A stretch of DNA of 64,000 nucleotides from Balanoglossus misakiensis. Lineage: Eukaryota > Animalia > Hemichordata. The notes under the pieces are model-generated. The model was not told where the DNA came from. It did no database searches and saw nothing but the letters and a program-made list of their open reading frames with translations. Below are positions 23,991-38,002 of this stretch, one piece after another. The stretch lies in contig CM082577.2 of the NCBI GenBank assembly GCA_040954595.2, positions 13,709,903-13,773,902 on the forward strand. Reading direction: 5' to 3'. A program made the position numbers and the translations under genes. Positions within the stretch are counted from its first letter, which is position 1. Each line of letters starts with the position of its first letter.

Positions 23991-25527
23991 AATTAAATAA
24001 AGAATTATATAAAAATAATAATTTTAATAATAATAGGTCCGATTTCCACAAAAAATTCACCACAGGGGTATTTTGGCTCAAAAAGAACAAAAATGATATC
24101 CATTTAGTGATCGCATGTTTCTATGGCAACCATTTTGGGGCTGAAATTATGCTTTTTGTGCTAAGAGAGGGTATCACAAGTCAATTTAAATAATAATAGC
24201 TTGGATTTGAACACAAAATCACACTGGCAGTATTTTTGGTCACAAAGAAAACATTTGGGGTTTATTTTCCGAATGCACATTTATAAGTTGGTGAAATTTG
24301 ACTTTTCTTTCAAGACAGAGGAACTGCGCATGTGCAGAACAACTGGCAATGCAGCCTGCTGATTTCCACAATTTAACTACAAAAAATCACAAGATACAAT
24401 ATAGTAGTATCGCTGGGGAATCCAATCAATCGATTGTTCATGCATATTTCCTGACTGTCGACCAGTTTTAAAACATAAATCCATTGGTATTGCATAATCG
24501 TTTACCGTCTATTTGTTGTTGTATGGTTAGCGAAGGAAGGCAGTTACAGGACACACTCGTAGAAGTACACACTCTTTGAGTGTTGACGGCGAGTCTGTTA
24601 AATTTGGCAGTTCAGCGTGACTTTAACACTAAATAAACAACTAGCAGAAAAGTCTTCAAACTTCTAAATTTCTGGAAATGTTTTATTTGGTATGGTTATG
24701 AAACAATTTTCGTTTATGAAGAATCAAATCTCAGCGACGCATGATAGCTTCTGATGAATGCGAAGACCCGTCAGCTGACACGCAAATTACAGTCAAAACA
24801 TAAAATTCAACATTGAAAACGGAACCGCGAGATGCCTCGTGTGTCTATCCTGTCACCTCGTCTGAGAAAACAATAAAATTCCCGAGAAATAATAACACGA
24901 AATCCAAAGTATCGTGATAACATTTCTTCATTTCTCCGATTCTATTTGGCTGCCGTGTAAACATTGCGTCCGTTTGACACCGACACAAACGTAGCATAAC
25001 TCAGAGGTCAATACTTCGATTAAAAACAATGATTTTAACACTAACCTTCCTGTTCCAGGATATCTGCGGTTACTATGGCGCTCAAATCTTACGATATGTG
25101 CAATTCTAAAGCCAAGTGGGGTATTATTCCTGTCGTTTTAGCCACGAAAACTGGGCAGACAACACGACGCGAAACAGCTCGTTCACACTCAGTTGACATC
25201 GCGTGATTTCAGAGCGCGCGCAAACATACGAAAAATTGCTACAATGTTGTACGTAAATAAACTTGCGTTGGGTTTCGAGTGAAGTTTTTTACCTCACCAG
25301 CTGACTCACCGGGTAACAAGGTTTTAAATAGTGTTAACAATACCCGTGGTCTTTTTGTGAATATGTAGAAAATCTCCAGCGAAAGCGTTGAAACGTCGGC
25401 AATTTTAGATATAGGCCACTTTGAAAAATTATGTCTTTAGCGCTAAATTATGAATCTGAAGAATCAGGAATGATTGTACATGAAATTGATAAATTGTTTA
25501 TATAATTCTTTAAACCCCTTAACTGGT
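23991..25527 (-). mobile_element. (TAA)n-targeting 1.5 kb element, copy 2
   Basis: Reverse complement of 8821-10350; flanked by TAA repeats. Confidence 0.75.
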
Positions 25528-25532
25528 AATAA

Positions 25533-27117
25533 TAATTAAATAAAGAATTATATAAAAATAATAATTTTAATAATAATAGGTCCGATTTCCACAAAAATTT
25601 CACCATAGGGGTATCTTGGCTCAATAAGAACAAAAATGATATCCGTTTAGTGATCACATGTTTCTATGGCAACCATTTTGGGGCTGAAATTATGCTTTTT
25701 GTGCTAAGAGAGGGTATCACAAGTCAATTTACATAATAATTGGTTGGATTTGAACACAAAATCACACTGGCAGTATTTTTGTTCACAAAGAAAACATTTG
25801 GGGTTTATTTTCCGAATGCACAATAATAAGTTGGTGAAATTTGACTTTTCTTTCAAGACAGAGGAACTGCGCATGTGCAGAAAAACTGGCAATGCAGCCT
25901 GCCGATTTCCACAGTGTAACTACAAAAAAAATACAAGATACAATAGTAAAGTTAAGGAATCCAATCAATCGATTGTTCATGCATTTCCAGACTGTCGACC
26001 AGTTTTAAAACATAAATTCTTTGGTATTGCATAAACGTTTACCGTCTATTTGTTGTTGTATGACATGGGTTATTGAAGGAAGGCAGTTACAGGACACACT
26101 CGTAGAAGTACACTGTTTGAGTATTGACAGCGAGTCTGTGTTAAATTTGGCAGTTCAGCGTGACTTCAACACTAAATAGACTACTAGCAGAAAAGTCTGC
26201 AAACTTCTAAATTTCTGGAAATGTTTTATTTGGTATGGTTATGAAATAATTTTCGTCTATGAAGAATCAAATCTCAGCGACGCACGATAGCTTCTGATGA
26301 ATGCGAAGACCTGTCAGCTGACACGCAAATACAGCCAAAACATAAAATTCAACATTGAAAACGGAACCGCGAGATGCCTCGTGTGTCTGTCCTGTCACCT
26401 CGTCTGAGAAAACAATAACATTCCCGAGAAATAATAACACGAAATCCAAAATATCGTGATAATATTTCTTCATTTCTCTGATTCTATTTGGCTGCCTTGT
26501 ATTGTAAACATTGCGTCCGTTTGACACCGACACAAACGTAGCATAACTCAGAGGTCAATACTTTGATTAAAAACAATAATTTTAACACTAACCTTCCTGT
26601 TCCACGATATCTGCGGTTTCTATGGCGCTCAAATCTCATGATATGTGCAATTCTAAAGCCAAGTGGGGTATTATTCCTGTCGTTTTAGCCACGAAAACTG
26701 GGCAGACGACACGACGCGAAACAGCTCGTTCACACTCAGTTGACATCGCGTGATTCCAGAGCGCGCGCAAACATACGAAAAATTGCTACAATGTTGTACG
26801 TAAATAAACTCGGTCTCCAACTCGTGTTGGGTTTCGAGCGAAGTTTTGTACCTCAGATCTGTCGTACACACGCCACCAGACTCACCGGGTAACAATGTTT
26901 TAAATAGTGTTTAACAATACCCGAGGTCTTTTTGTGAATATTAGGTAGAAAATCTCCAACCGAAAGCGTTGAAACGTCGTCTGCAATTTTAGATACATAG
27001 GCCACTTTGAAAAATGTTGTCTTTATGAATCTGAAGTATCACGAATGATTGTACAGGAAATCCACCCGTGCTTATTAAATTGATAGATTGTTTATATAAT
27101 TCTTTAAACCCCTTAAC

Positions 27118-27121
<4 letters not shown>
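25533..27121 (-). mobile_element. (TAA)n-targeting 1.5 kb element, copy 3 (head-to-tail with copy 2)
   Basis: Same termini; differs from copy 2 by several substitutions and indels; followed by (TAA)n 27121-27177. Confidence 0.75.
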
Positions 27122-27177
<56 letters not shown>

Positions 27178-27395
27178 GTGTATTTCCCTTATTCTGATAC
27201 AAATAAACAATATTAACAAAGGAATGAAGAATACAATAGGTATAAGATGGGAGGGGACTAGAAAATAGTGTAACACTAGTCGAGTCCAGTCCCCCATACA
27301 ACATACAATTGCAGAATTATATACAGGGCGATACTAATGCGAGTTTGTACATGAAAAACCAAATTCAGTTTGTTTTCCTTCTGAAAATACAGCAG

Positions 27396-30340
27396 TCAAA
27401 TGGATAAATAATACTTTTTCAATTCTTTTTTAAAGCATGACTTTGATGAGACAGATTTGATATGTTGCGGAAGTTGATTCCATATTTGAGCACCATAATA
27501 TTTCACTGTATGTTGACCCACATTTGTGGCGTATTTTGGAACCAGAAGATTCCCTTTTTCTTTTGACCTTGTTGGATAAATGTGTTCAATATTAACGAAG
27601 TACTGTGGAATTGTTAGTGGGAAGTTTTCATGAATACAATCATTAACAAATAGTGCTACTTGATACTCATGTTGCCTATATATATCCAATATTCCCAGTC
27701 TATTAAATAATGGAGGTGTGTGTTCGAGTCTCTCTGAGTGTGTGAGTGTACGTATTACTCATTTTTGAGTAACATGTATTGGCTTCAAATGGGATTTATA
27801 AACATTTCCCCAAACTTCTAAAGCATACAATATATGAGGCAAGATGAAACAGTTGTAAAGTAATAACAAGATAATTTTGGGAACAATGTATTTCATGGTA
27901 TAAAGTATGCCTGCCTTTTGGCTAACAGTTCTATTGATTTTAGCTATATGTTCTTTCCAGGTAAGCCTATTGTCTAGGACAGTCCCAATGTACGTTGTGG
28001 ATTGTACTTCACAAATAAGCTCTCCCTTTATGTAAAGTGATCCCTGGAAATGACTGGAGTATTTTTACCCCGAAAAATTATATATTCAGTCTTCTTAGTA
28101 TTTATAGTCAATTTGTTGGTGTTACACCAGTCAACAATGTAATTCAATTGACCATTTACTTGTTCCAGGTCAATAATAGCATGAGAGTCAAAAGAGTGAA
28201 ACAAACTTGTATCATCTGCAAATAAACGTGTATCAAAGAAGTTTGTTGAATTTGCAATATCATTTACATAGATCAAAAACAATGAAGGACCTAAAACCGA
28301 CCCCTGAGGAACACCACATGTTATTGGTATGTTCGTAGACTCTATGCCATTTGCTGTAGTATACTGTTTTCTATTACATAAATAGTTTCCAAAAAGGTCC
28401 AAAGTAATTCCCCGAATTCCATATGCATGTAGTTTACTGATTAAAATTTCATGGTTTACTGTATCAAAGGCTTTTTTTTAAATCTAGGAATATCCCAATA
28501 ACAGTGTTCCCAGAGTCGATTTCTTCGGATATTTTTTTGGACTAGATCTACAATAGCAAGTTTTGTGCTATACTTCTCTCGAAACCCATACTGATGACAG
28601 TACAATAAATCAAAATTATTTAAATAACAAACTAATTGCCTGTTAATTATTTTTTCAAAAACTTTACTAAACTGCGGCAACACAGAAACTGGTCTATAAT
28701 TTCCTGGGTCAGACGTTTCACCTTTCTTAAAGACTGGAGTTACCTTTGCAATTTTCAACTCATCTGGGAAGACTCCAGTGGAAAGTGTTAAATTAATTAA
28801 GTATGTCAGTGGTTTTGAGATGTAATCTTTAGCATAGAGAATAAGTTTTGGGCTAATTTGATCAATCCCCACAGCTTTATTTTTATCCAAACTATTTAAA
28901 ATATCTAAAACTTCCTCATTAGTTACACCACGAAGAAAAAGTGAATTTGGTGGAATGTTAGATAAGTACTTTTTGTGGTTTCCAGTATAGCTGATATCTT
29001 GTGCTAACTTTTCCCCAACTGAAATGAAATATTTATTGAACTCATCAATTATGGAACGCTGGTCAGTAACATTAATGGTGGCACCAGAATCTTGGGAATA
29101 AATTTCCAAATTATTGGGCAAAGCCATTTTCTTTTTCCCCTTGACTAAAATATCATTGACAACTTCCCAAGTTTTATTAATATTTCCACAGTGTTTTTCA
29201 AACTGTTCAGAATAATAATTCTGTTTAGCCATCTTAAGGACATTTGTAAGAATATTACGATGAATTTTATATTTTGCTAGGACCACAGGGTTATACTTAC
29301 TTTTTAAGACCCTAGAAAATAATTTATGCTTTCGTTTAATTGACCTTTTGATACCTGTAGTTATCCAAGGTTTATTTGACTTCCTCTTAGGATTAATACT
29401 TTTAGTAATAAGGGGGCATGTTTATTACAGATCCGTAAGAAAATATTTGAAAAGGATTTATATGCCTTATTCACATCATGAATGTTACACATTTCAGTCC
29501 AGTTTATGGAGCTAAGCTCATCTTGAAAAGCAAGGACATTTAATTTCGAGTAGTCCCTGAAGGTGACCCGTTCAGTTGGTTTAAAATAATTACTAAGATT
29601 CTCAAAAATACCAAAAATAGGCAAATGGTCTGAGATGTCCACATCTATTGACCCTGAGGTAATAACTCTGGAACACATGTTAGTGTATAAGTGATCAATT
29701 AGCGTACTAGAATTGGCAGTTACTCGGGTAGGTATTGTAATAAACTGTGTAAAATTTAGACATGATAAACAGTCGCTAAGTTTACTGCTCTCAGGCGTTT
29801 GTAAATTAAGTAAGTTAATGTTAAAATCCCCTATCAGAATACATCCTGTTCTGGCTTTAGTTATGTTAGCAACCGCCAATTCCAAACTATCTATAAATTC
29901 CACAATATTTGAATTCGGTTGTCTATAAATTATACCAACTGTAAGGGAATCATTTCTATCCAAATTAATCTTCAGCCACAATGTCTCAGAATGGCAAACA
30001 TGTACATTTCCAATAACAGCTCAGGGATGAGTGTACATATGCTCCAACTCCCCCGCCTTTACAAGTTGTACGACAGTTTGTTTCCAATGAATAATGACTT
30101 AAATTGAAAAGTTCTTTTATCTTCAACCTGCCACACTTCTGACAGTGCAATTATTTTTAGTTTACTCTGGATTAAGTACTCATAAAATAAATGGAGTTCT
30201 TGGAAGTTTTTCCTTAATGACCGAATATTTATATGAGAAATTGAAAAAGCCATCTCATGTTTACTCTCCATCATCTGACAAAACTCATAAGAGGAGTAGG
30301 CCTTACAATTGTCATATGTAATATTAATATCGTTATCTAG
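27396..30340 (-). pseudogene. LINE ORF2 (AP endonuclease + RT), broken by several frameshifts
   Basis: HINIRSL, IIALSEVW, GDFNINLL, IDHLY, SDHLPI (APE); [23 protein letters not shown] (RT). Some breaks lie at homopolymers (e.g. T-run ~28473) and could be sequencing errors. Confidence 0.85.
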
Positions 30341-30391
30341 GCTAGCAGTAATGATGAGGTGATGAATAAATAATACTAAGCTTTACCAGTA

Positions 30392-31255
30392 TCACAAAAT
30401 CTTGTGTAGGTCCTCTTCATTGTTAATTATGATTGGCATTGACCCTTGTTGTTTACGAATATAGATACGTCCATTATGAGTCCACAAATAGTTATAGTTC
30501 AGAGTGTTACGCCGGTAATTTGCTTTTGCCATGAGAGTACGTTTCTTTTGGGTCAAGTTTTCATTGATGTATATGTGATTTCTACCTGCATATCCAAGCT
30601 TATCCGAAGTTGTACTTCTTATCTTCTTCCGATCTCTGTAAACTTTGTCCCGAGTCTTCCTGCTGTTGAATTTCACAAGTATTGGCCTGTTTGTTCGGTC
30701 TGTCTTCCCAATTCTGTGTGTGACTTCAATCTCTCTCTCTGATATGTCTGGATGGATTTCTTTTAAGACTTTCATTACAATTTCATCAGTATTTTCATTT
30801 GACATCTGCGATATTCCCTGTATTTCTAGGTTTTCTCGCCTGCTATATTGGTTTTGTTCTTCTTGGTCTTTCTCCAGTATGCTCACTCGTTTCATCAGAT
30901 CTTCATTTGCTCTTCTTAGTTCTTTGTTTTCATTTTCAATCTTGCGCATTTGCTCACATGATTCTTCAAGCATTTTGTTGAAGAAGTCCATAGACGTTGT
31001 TATTGTCTTCTGTGATTCTTTGATTTCACGCACAGATTCCAGGAGACTTGGTAAACAGCTCAGCCGTTTTGTAATTTCTTGGAGTTGCCTATCCGTAGAC
31101 TCTAGCACCTCACTGCTCTCGCGAACTTGTCCTGTTTTCGGAGGAGTTTCCATTTCGAATTTACGTTTCTTTTTGCATGGTTTGCATAGCGGCACATCAT
31201 TTTGGGTAAGGCTTACATACCGTGTTTCACCACAGTCCGCACACGTCTTAGGCAT
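30392..31255 (-). CDS. LINE ORF1 (N-terminal CxxC...CxxC, coiled coil, RRM/CTD-like)
   Basis: 287 aa intact; EQNQYSRRENLEIQGI, HRIG, RPILVKF, IYINENLT and YLWTHNGRIYIRK motifs typical of CR1/L2-group ORF1. Confidence 0.85.
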   Translation of the reverse strand: MPKTCADCGETRYVSLTQNDVPLCKPCKKKRKFEMETPPKTGQVRESSEVLESTDRQLQEITKRLSCLPSLLESVREIKESQKTITTSMDFFNKMLEESCEQMRKIENENKELRRANEDLMKRVSILEKDQEEQNQYSRRENLEIQGISQMSNENTDEIVMKVLKEIHPDISEREIEVTHRIGKTDRTNRPILVKFNSRKTRDKVYRDRKKIRSTTSDKLGYAGRNHIYINENLTQKKRTLMAKANYRRNTLNYNYLWTHNGRIYIRKQQGSMPIIINNEEDLHKIL

Positions 31256-34200
31256 GGTTGCTTGCTAAGCGTGTTTTCCGTTGTAACAGGTGCTGGAGAT
31301 AATATGTAAATCCCGCAAGACAATGGCTCGTTGAACTGTTCAGCAGCAGAACATGCTCGGTGATTTTCAATGTTCTGTGTTTCATGGACACGATGCAAAA
31401 TTACAAAAAACAATCATCTGGCATGACTCCGGACGTCTACATAACAGCTCTTGTAAATTTTCAGTTAGAACTAACCTGGTTTGAAGTGGAAAATTTTCGT
31501 TCTAACGGAGACGATGTGTCAGCACAAACACCTCGCCTTGCAGCGCCCTCACCTCGTCATGGTGCCAGTAGCAGAAGTTCGCAAATACGCGCCATTTCTA
31601 TGAACTTACCTATTTTCTTCAGGAACTGACTCGCCCAAACCTTACTTTGTCCACTGCAGGGGAATGTGTATGTGTTCAGGTGTGCCGTACGCTCGAATGT
31701 GTCATATGCTAATTTTTATTGCTTTCGTTTTCGTCTTTTGTAGTGAGGCGGATATGACGGGAAGGGGTGATACAACTATTGAACAGGGGCGATCTTGTCC
31801 ACACTGAGAGTAAAAGTGGGCTAAATACGAAAGAAGAAAAACATGTAGAGTAAGTAAATGAATATTGAAGTGATACAAGCCACAATTCGACCCGGTCTGT
31901 ACTATACAAGAAGTAGTAAAACTGAGTTAAGATACTATCGTAAGAAAGACAGTTGCCTGCGAATGATGTTATGGTCAAATCATCATTCTCCTGGGGCATG
32001 AATGGCCTAGGGTTAGTAATGCGTGAAGACAAGTCACCCGCGACTCCGAAATTATATACCGAGACCTTTTCTTTGGATTAGGTCTATATTTTTTTCGCCA
32101 CCTGGATTTTGGAGAGAAAAATATCATTATGTCATTTTCATGCACTCGCCGAACACGACAAAAAATCAACCTCTACTTTCCTGTTTTCTTATAAAAAGCA
32201 ACACACGTGATTTAGGCCTATGTGTGTCGGGTTCTTGTTTTTGGTAGCGTCGCCGCCAATCTTTATGTTTGCATTGTCTAATATAATGTGCCCTCGGTTC
32301 TGTGTGTTTGAGGTCACAAACGCACGTACTGGGGATCACACAGGCGCCTATTACAGATGCATTAGACAAAGCAGACATTGTGGTAGTCACTCCCCAAAGA
32401 CCCGCCTTTACGCTGCCGATAACAAGAACACAACAGATAAATATGTTTTTGCTTTTCATAAGAAATGGTATTTTCCTTTTGATAACTGCACACCATGGTC
32501 CTGGAAATTCTTAAGTCAGGCAATTCAAAATTATTTCAAAAAGTGAAATGGCTGTTTGTAGTAATTACATGCACTTATACAGTAATCGATTAAATTTCCT
32601 TTTTGATATCAAATTTAGCAGAGAACAGTCAGAGAACAGTGATCCACGGAGACACGTATCTGATTCACACTCATTTATTGCTGAGAATTACTCCAGTACA
32701 TCAAATATGCCCAGTAATGAATATATGCGAGGAAGGGAACGAGCTCAGTAGCCTGAGGTACTCCCATCTCTCGTTAGATTCTACCTACAACTTTGAAAAC
32801 AAAATTCTTATAATTACTTTTTTCAAGACGTGATTAAACATGTAAAATATCACAAAAACAATGGGTTACAATTGCATTGGGCATCAATTCAACTATATAC
32901 GTACCAATTTACATAAAGCGTTATATAGCAAAGTCAGTTCGATGATGAGTGACAACCAGAGGAGTCAGTTAAACACCAGCTCTCCCCATCTACTTCAAAT
33001 ACATAAATCAAATACTATCAAACATTGAAATTCCCTAGCTCTGGATTATTTGACCTTTAAAATAATATTTGACTTTTATACAGATTGAAACACAATACAT
33101 GAAATGTATGCGATGAATCAAGATGCATATACGCGATATATTGAGTCAGCTTCATCATCATTGTCGTCGTCGTCGTCGTCGTCATCATGATTTCATCATC
33201 ATCATCATCATCGTCATCATCACCATCTTCTTCTTCAGAAACGTCGCCGCCTTCAACATCATCATCATCATCGTCGTCGTCGTTCTATTGGTTTCATTGT
33301 CTTTACATTTAAATGTCTTGTGTGATATCAATGTTAGTATGCTTTCTCAATTAGTTTGCAAGAGTACCAGTGGAGACATTTCACTAAAATCATGCAAGTG
33401 CATTTATAAAAGTATATGGGGTTAATAACCACATGAAAAGAAAACATGCTGTTTTACATTTGAGTAATATGCCCGATGTCGATTACTATTCATGACATTT
33501 CCCTTAAATATTAGGGAGAATCATCTTTGCCATCCGAACACGTTTCTGTGTGCGCATCCGGTCCCTTTTCCTGCGGTTCCCTTTTACGTTGGGGTGGAGG
33601 CTGCAAATAGTGGAAGTTATCAACATTTACTACAATAAGCACACAAAGCAGAGTACAAATCAATTTGCATTTGCGTGTAACCAAGGTAGGAGGTCAGACG
33701 GAAGGAAGAGTTCACCAAAAGAGGGCGCATCGCGCGAGCACAGTGTATTGAAAGGATAAAGGTTAGAATCGTTAATGGTAAGTGAAAGGCAGAAGAAGAA
33801 TAAAAGGCTGACCGACAATTTTTTCCATCAAATCCCTCAATGAATCCCTGTGCCGAGACGAAGGATTATAAAATCGATGATTTCTGCCAAGGCGGCCCAG
33901 ACATTGATTGGGATCTAAATAAAGTTGGCTTTCACTTTCACTTTTGCTGGTTATGCAAATGCATTGATTTATTCTGAGGATTTAGTCAGTTAGTCAACAT
34001 TGCCCCTGATAGTAGATAATTATTTACATTGGCACAGGAGAGAAAAATCACGAAGTTTGCGGATAGGTTTCAATATGTGTACAATAGAGATTATCAGTTG
34101 TTAAATGGAAACCATTGTCTTTCTTCAACCCCTGATTCTCTCAAATGTTTTTGACATCAAATGTTTATGTTCTGCAAAGCCCTTGTTTTCCATTGATTGT

Positions 34201-34589
34201 TTTTGTCAAGTTAATCCTTTTGCTTTTAGATAAATCTGGTCGATCAAGAAGGAACGCCTTTAAGATGGTCACAGGACAGAAAACGAAATGTATGAATGGC
34301 TGGGCCGCCTGTGATTTTTATCGATAAAATACCTCAATCTTTTCCTTATCCTAATTCGACGGACGATAACTTGTTGAATTTCGTACTCTTGCTATAGGCG
34401 GCTGAAGAAATTTATAAATACATCATGAAAATTATGCATAAAATAGCAAAATAGCAGTTATTGGGGCTTTAAAGGCCCGAGCTTAGGCACTCCTTCCACT
34501 TATTCTTTTTTCTACGTTTATGATCATTGCTTACCAAAATACCGAGAGGTGAACTAAAATTGCCAATCTATGCAAGATTGAAATCTTAC

Positions 34590-34721
34590 CGGCTGGGCTA
34601 AAACTGGTACGCCGCATTTTAGAACTTGGTCAGTTTGCAAGTGTGTACTTGCATTAAGTCGTTCTATTGGAACATGTAATATTGGTTCAGGATTTTCTTC
34701 CTTTCCACACGTGTTGTCCAT
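34590..34721 (-). CDS. Putative small-protein exon, array family copy 2 (44 aa)
   Basis: MDNTCGKEENPEPILHVPIERLNASTHLQTDQVLKCGVPVLAQP|gtaaga; same acceptor/ATG context. Confidence 0.45.
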
Positions 34722-37700
34722 TTTCTGTTGATCAAATGTCGTAGAGACAGATAAATATGTTAAACAATGAATGGAATGGGCAAGTGTATGCATTCAATTT
34801 TCACCAAATGCAACATAACAACTCTATAGCAGGCCTCCCTTTGTAGAAGTGCGTTGATCTGAGTCAAAACAGTCTCCAACTTGTCTCAGGTTTTTGGCAA
34901 TGCGAGATGATACTAGTCCTAAAGATAGCCTAGAATTAGGTATGTGCATATTGGGTATGTGCACGAATAATTGGGTAAATGTTACGATCTTGAACACCGA
35001 AAACAAAGAAATGTTGGTCTGGTCTTATAAAAAAATACCGTATTGGGGTCGTTAAAGTCGTGTCAACCAAAACGACACAACAATTAACGGAACCTTGCAC
35101 TAGCCACTGGCGCTTGACATATTGCTTAGTTCGTATGCCATTATTATGAAAAAATAATATAACGCCACCTGAATTGAACGCATGCGCATAGTCTTAACTT
35201 TTAGCTGTACGCGTCCTTGGCCGGTGCAGAGGTTACGCTCTCCTGCTTTCTCTTTTTATTGTGACCATGTGGAATCGCGACCAAGGCCATTGTGCAAACT
35301 ATATACTAATAATGTTCATTTCTCTTTTGAAATATTATTATAGTATACCATGCTACCATCCGCCATTCTGATGGGGTTAAACCACAGTCGACCTCGCGTG
35401 CGGTTAAAGCCAAATAAATAAAAGAAAAACACTGTTGAACGTACGAATGTTTCATTTTGGAACTGCTTTGTTGGAATATTTGGCACTTTGCCTGTCTTGT
35501 CACTTTTGTCGCCTGTTTCATGTTTAATGCTCTTGTTTTAACCCCCGCCTCAGTCGTATGCACTTGGTTTGGGTACGTACAATCGCTCGATATAGCACTC
35601 GCCTAACGGCTTGTGCTATGTGTCTCAAATTGTAAGCAAGTCTCGTGTATACCCGCCCGCGGTAGGGGTTGTTGTTTAAAGATATGAACAATGCAATATG
35701 TCAGGCACCTGTGGCACAAGTCAAGGTAAAAAAAAACTAATAATGGCGGTTCGTGGAATATTACTCTGCAGCAATCGACTTTTATCCCTCCAGACTTCGG
35801 TATCACTTAGAAAGGAACGTATGGAACGAAAATCACGAATATCTGTGGAGCAAATTGGCGAAGAACATCATTTATGTGCCCCGGCTGCGATTGTAGGTTG
35901 GAAGTAAAATCCGCATTATGCATGCAAATTAGTTACCCAATGTCCTGTCTTACCAGTTGCTAATCAAAAATGCAGACTATCGAGTTTCTCATCAATAAGC
36001 GCCTGCTTATAACTTCATCAGCAACGCTTCGACGGATGAAGTTGATTCTAACGTAAAAACCAGTGACCCAGAACTGCATACCCAGTAGGCGCTCGCGCAT
36101 GTCGCTAGCCAAGCTGTAAATTGAGTGTTTGGCCTCATACGCCAGTATAGGACAAATGTGGCCGTTTTAGTACTTTTCCCCCACACAGAAACTGACCAGG
36201 TTGGATCAATCTGACTCTGATTATCAGCAAATCCCGAGTTGATCAGTATGAAGGTAAACTTGCAGAGTATGGCCTATTTCGGACAAAACGGCCGTACACA
36301 CCACGTCCTAATCTGAGTTGGGAAAAGTTGTCATGGTGCCGGTAGCAGAAGTTCGCAAATACGCGCCATTTCTATGAACTTACCTATTTTCTTCAGGAAC
36401 TGACTCGTCCAAGCCCTACTTTATCGACTGCAGGGGAATGTGTATGTATTCAGGTGTGCCGTACGCTCGAATGTGTCATATGCTAATTTTTATTGCTTTC
36501 GTTTTCGTCTTTTGTAGTGAGGCGGATATGACGGGAAGGGGTGATACAACTATTGAACAGGGGCGATCTTGTCCACACGGAGAGTAAAAGTGGGCTAAAT
36601 ACGAAAGAAGAAATACATGTAGAGTAAGTAAATGAATATTGAAGTGATACAAGTCACAATTCGACCTGGTCTGTACTATACAAGAAGTAGTAAAACTGAG
36701 TCAAGATACTGTCGTAAGAAACACAGTTGCCTGCGAATGATGTTATGGTCAAATCATCATTCTCCTGGGGCATGAATGGCCTAGGGTTAGTAATGCGTGA
36801 AGACAAGTCACCCGCGACTCCGAAATTATATACCGAGACCTTTTCTATGGATTAGGTCTATATTTTTTTCGCCACCTGGATTTTGGAGAGAAAAATATCA
36901 TTATGTCATTTTCATGCACTCGCCGAACACGACAAAAAATCAACCTCTACTTTCCTGTTTTCTTATAAAAAGCAACCTACGTGATTTAGGCCTATGTGTG
37001 TTGGGTTCTTGTTTTTGGTAGCGTCGCCGCCAATCTTTATGTTTGCATTGTCTAATATAATGTGCCCTCGGTTCTGTGTGTTTGAGGTCACAAACGCACG
37101 TACTGGGGATCACAGAGCCGTATATAACACGTGTTAGACAAAGCAGATATTGTGGTAGTCAATCCACAAAGACCCACTTTTACGCTGCCGATAACAAGAA
37201 CACAACAGATAAATATGTTTTTGCTTTTCATAAGAAAGGGTATTTTCCTTTTGATAACTGCACACCATGGTCCTGGAAATTCTTAAGTCAGGCAATTCAA
37301 AATTATTTCAAAAAGTGAAATGGCTGTTTGTAGTAATTACATGCACTTATACAGTAATCGATTAAATTTCCTTTTTGATATCAAATTTAGCAGAGAACAG
37401 TCAGAGAACAGTGATCCACGGAGACACGTATCTGATTCACACTCATTTATTGCTGAGAATTACTCCAGTACATCAAATATGCCCAGTAATGAATATATGC
37501 GAGGAAGGGAACGAGCTCAGTAGCCTGAGGTACTCCCATCTCTCGTTAGATTCTACCTACAACTTTGAAAACAAAATTCTTATGATTACTTTTTTCAAGA
37601 CGTGATTAAACATGTAAAATATCACAAAAACAATGGGTTACAATTGCATTGGGCATCAATTCAACTATATACGTACCAATTTACATAAAGCGTTATATAG

Positions 37701-37957
37701 AAAAGTCAGTTCGATGATGAGTGACAACCAGAGGAGTCAGTTAAACACCAGCTCTCCCCATCTACTTCAAATACATAAATCAAATACTATCAAACATTGA
37801 AATTCCCTAGCTCTGGATTATTTGACCTTTAAAATAATATTTGACTTTTATACAGATTGAAACACAATACATGAAATGTATGCGATGAATCAAGATGCAT
37901 ATACGCGATATATTGAGTCAGCTTCATCATCATTGTCGTCGTCGTCGTTATCATGAT

Positions 37958-38002
<45 letters not shown>

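Larger units (their letters stand above)
27121..31555 (-). mobile_element. Full-length LINE of the L2/Crack (CR1-group) type; its (TTA)n tail continues to 23980 beyond the nested elements
   Basis: ORF1 plus APE-RT ORF2 and a microsatellite tail. TSD GTCAT at 23975-23979 and 31556-31560 restores the array sequence AAAGTTGTCATGGTGCC seen in other units. Confidence 0.9.

Noticed and set aside
30645-31268. Long antisense ORFs over LINE, gag and Ngaro genes (also 13856-14143, 46122-46526, 56204-56596)
   Set aside because: Shadow frames of real coding sequences with no independent motifs.
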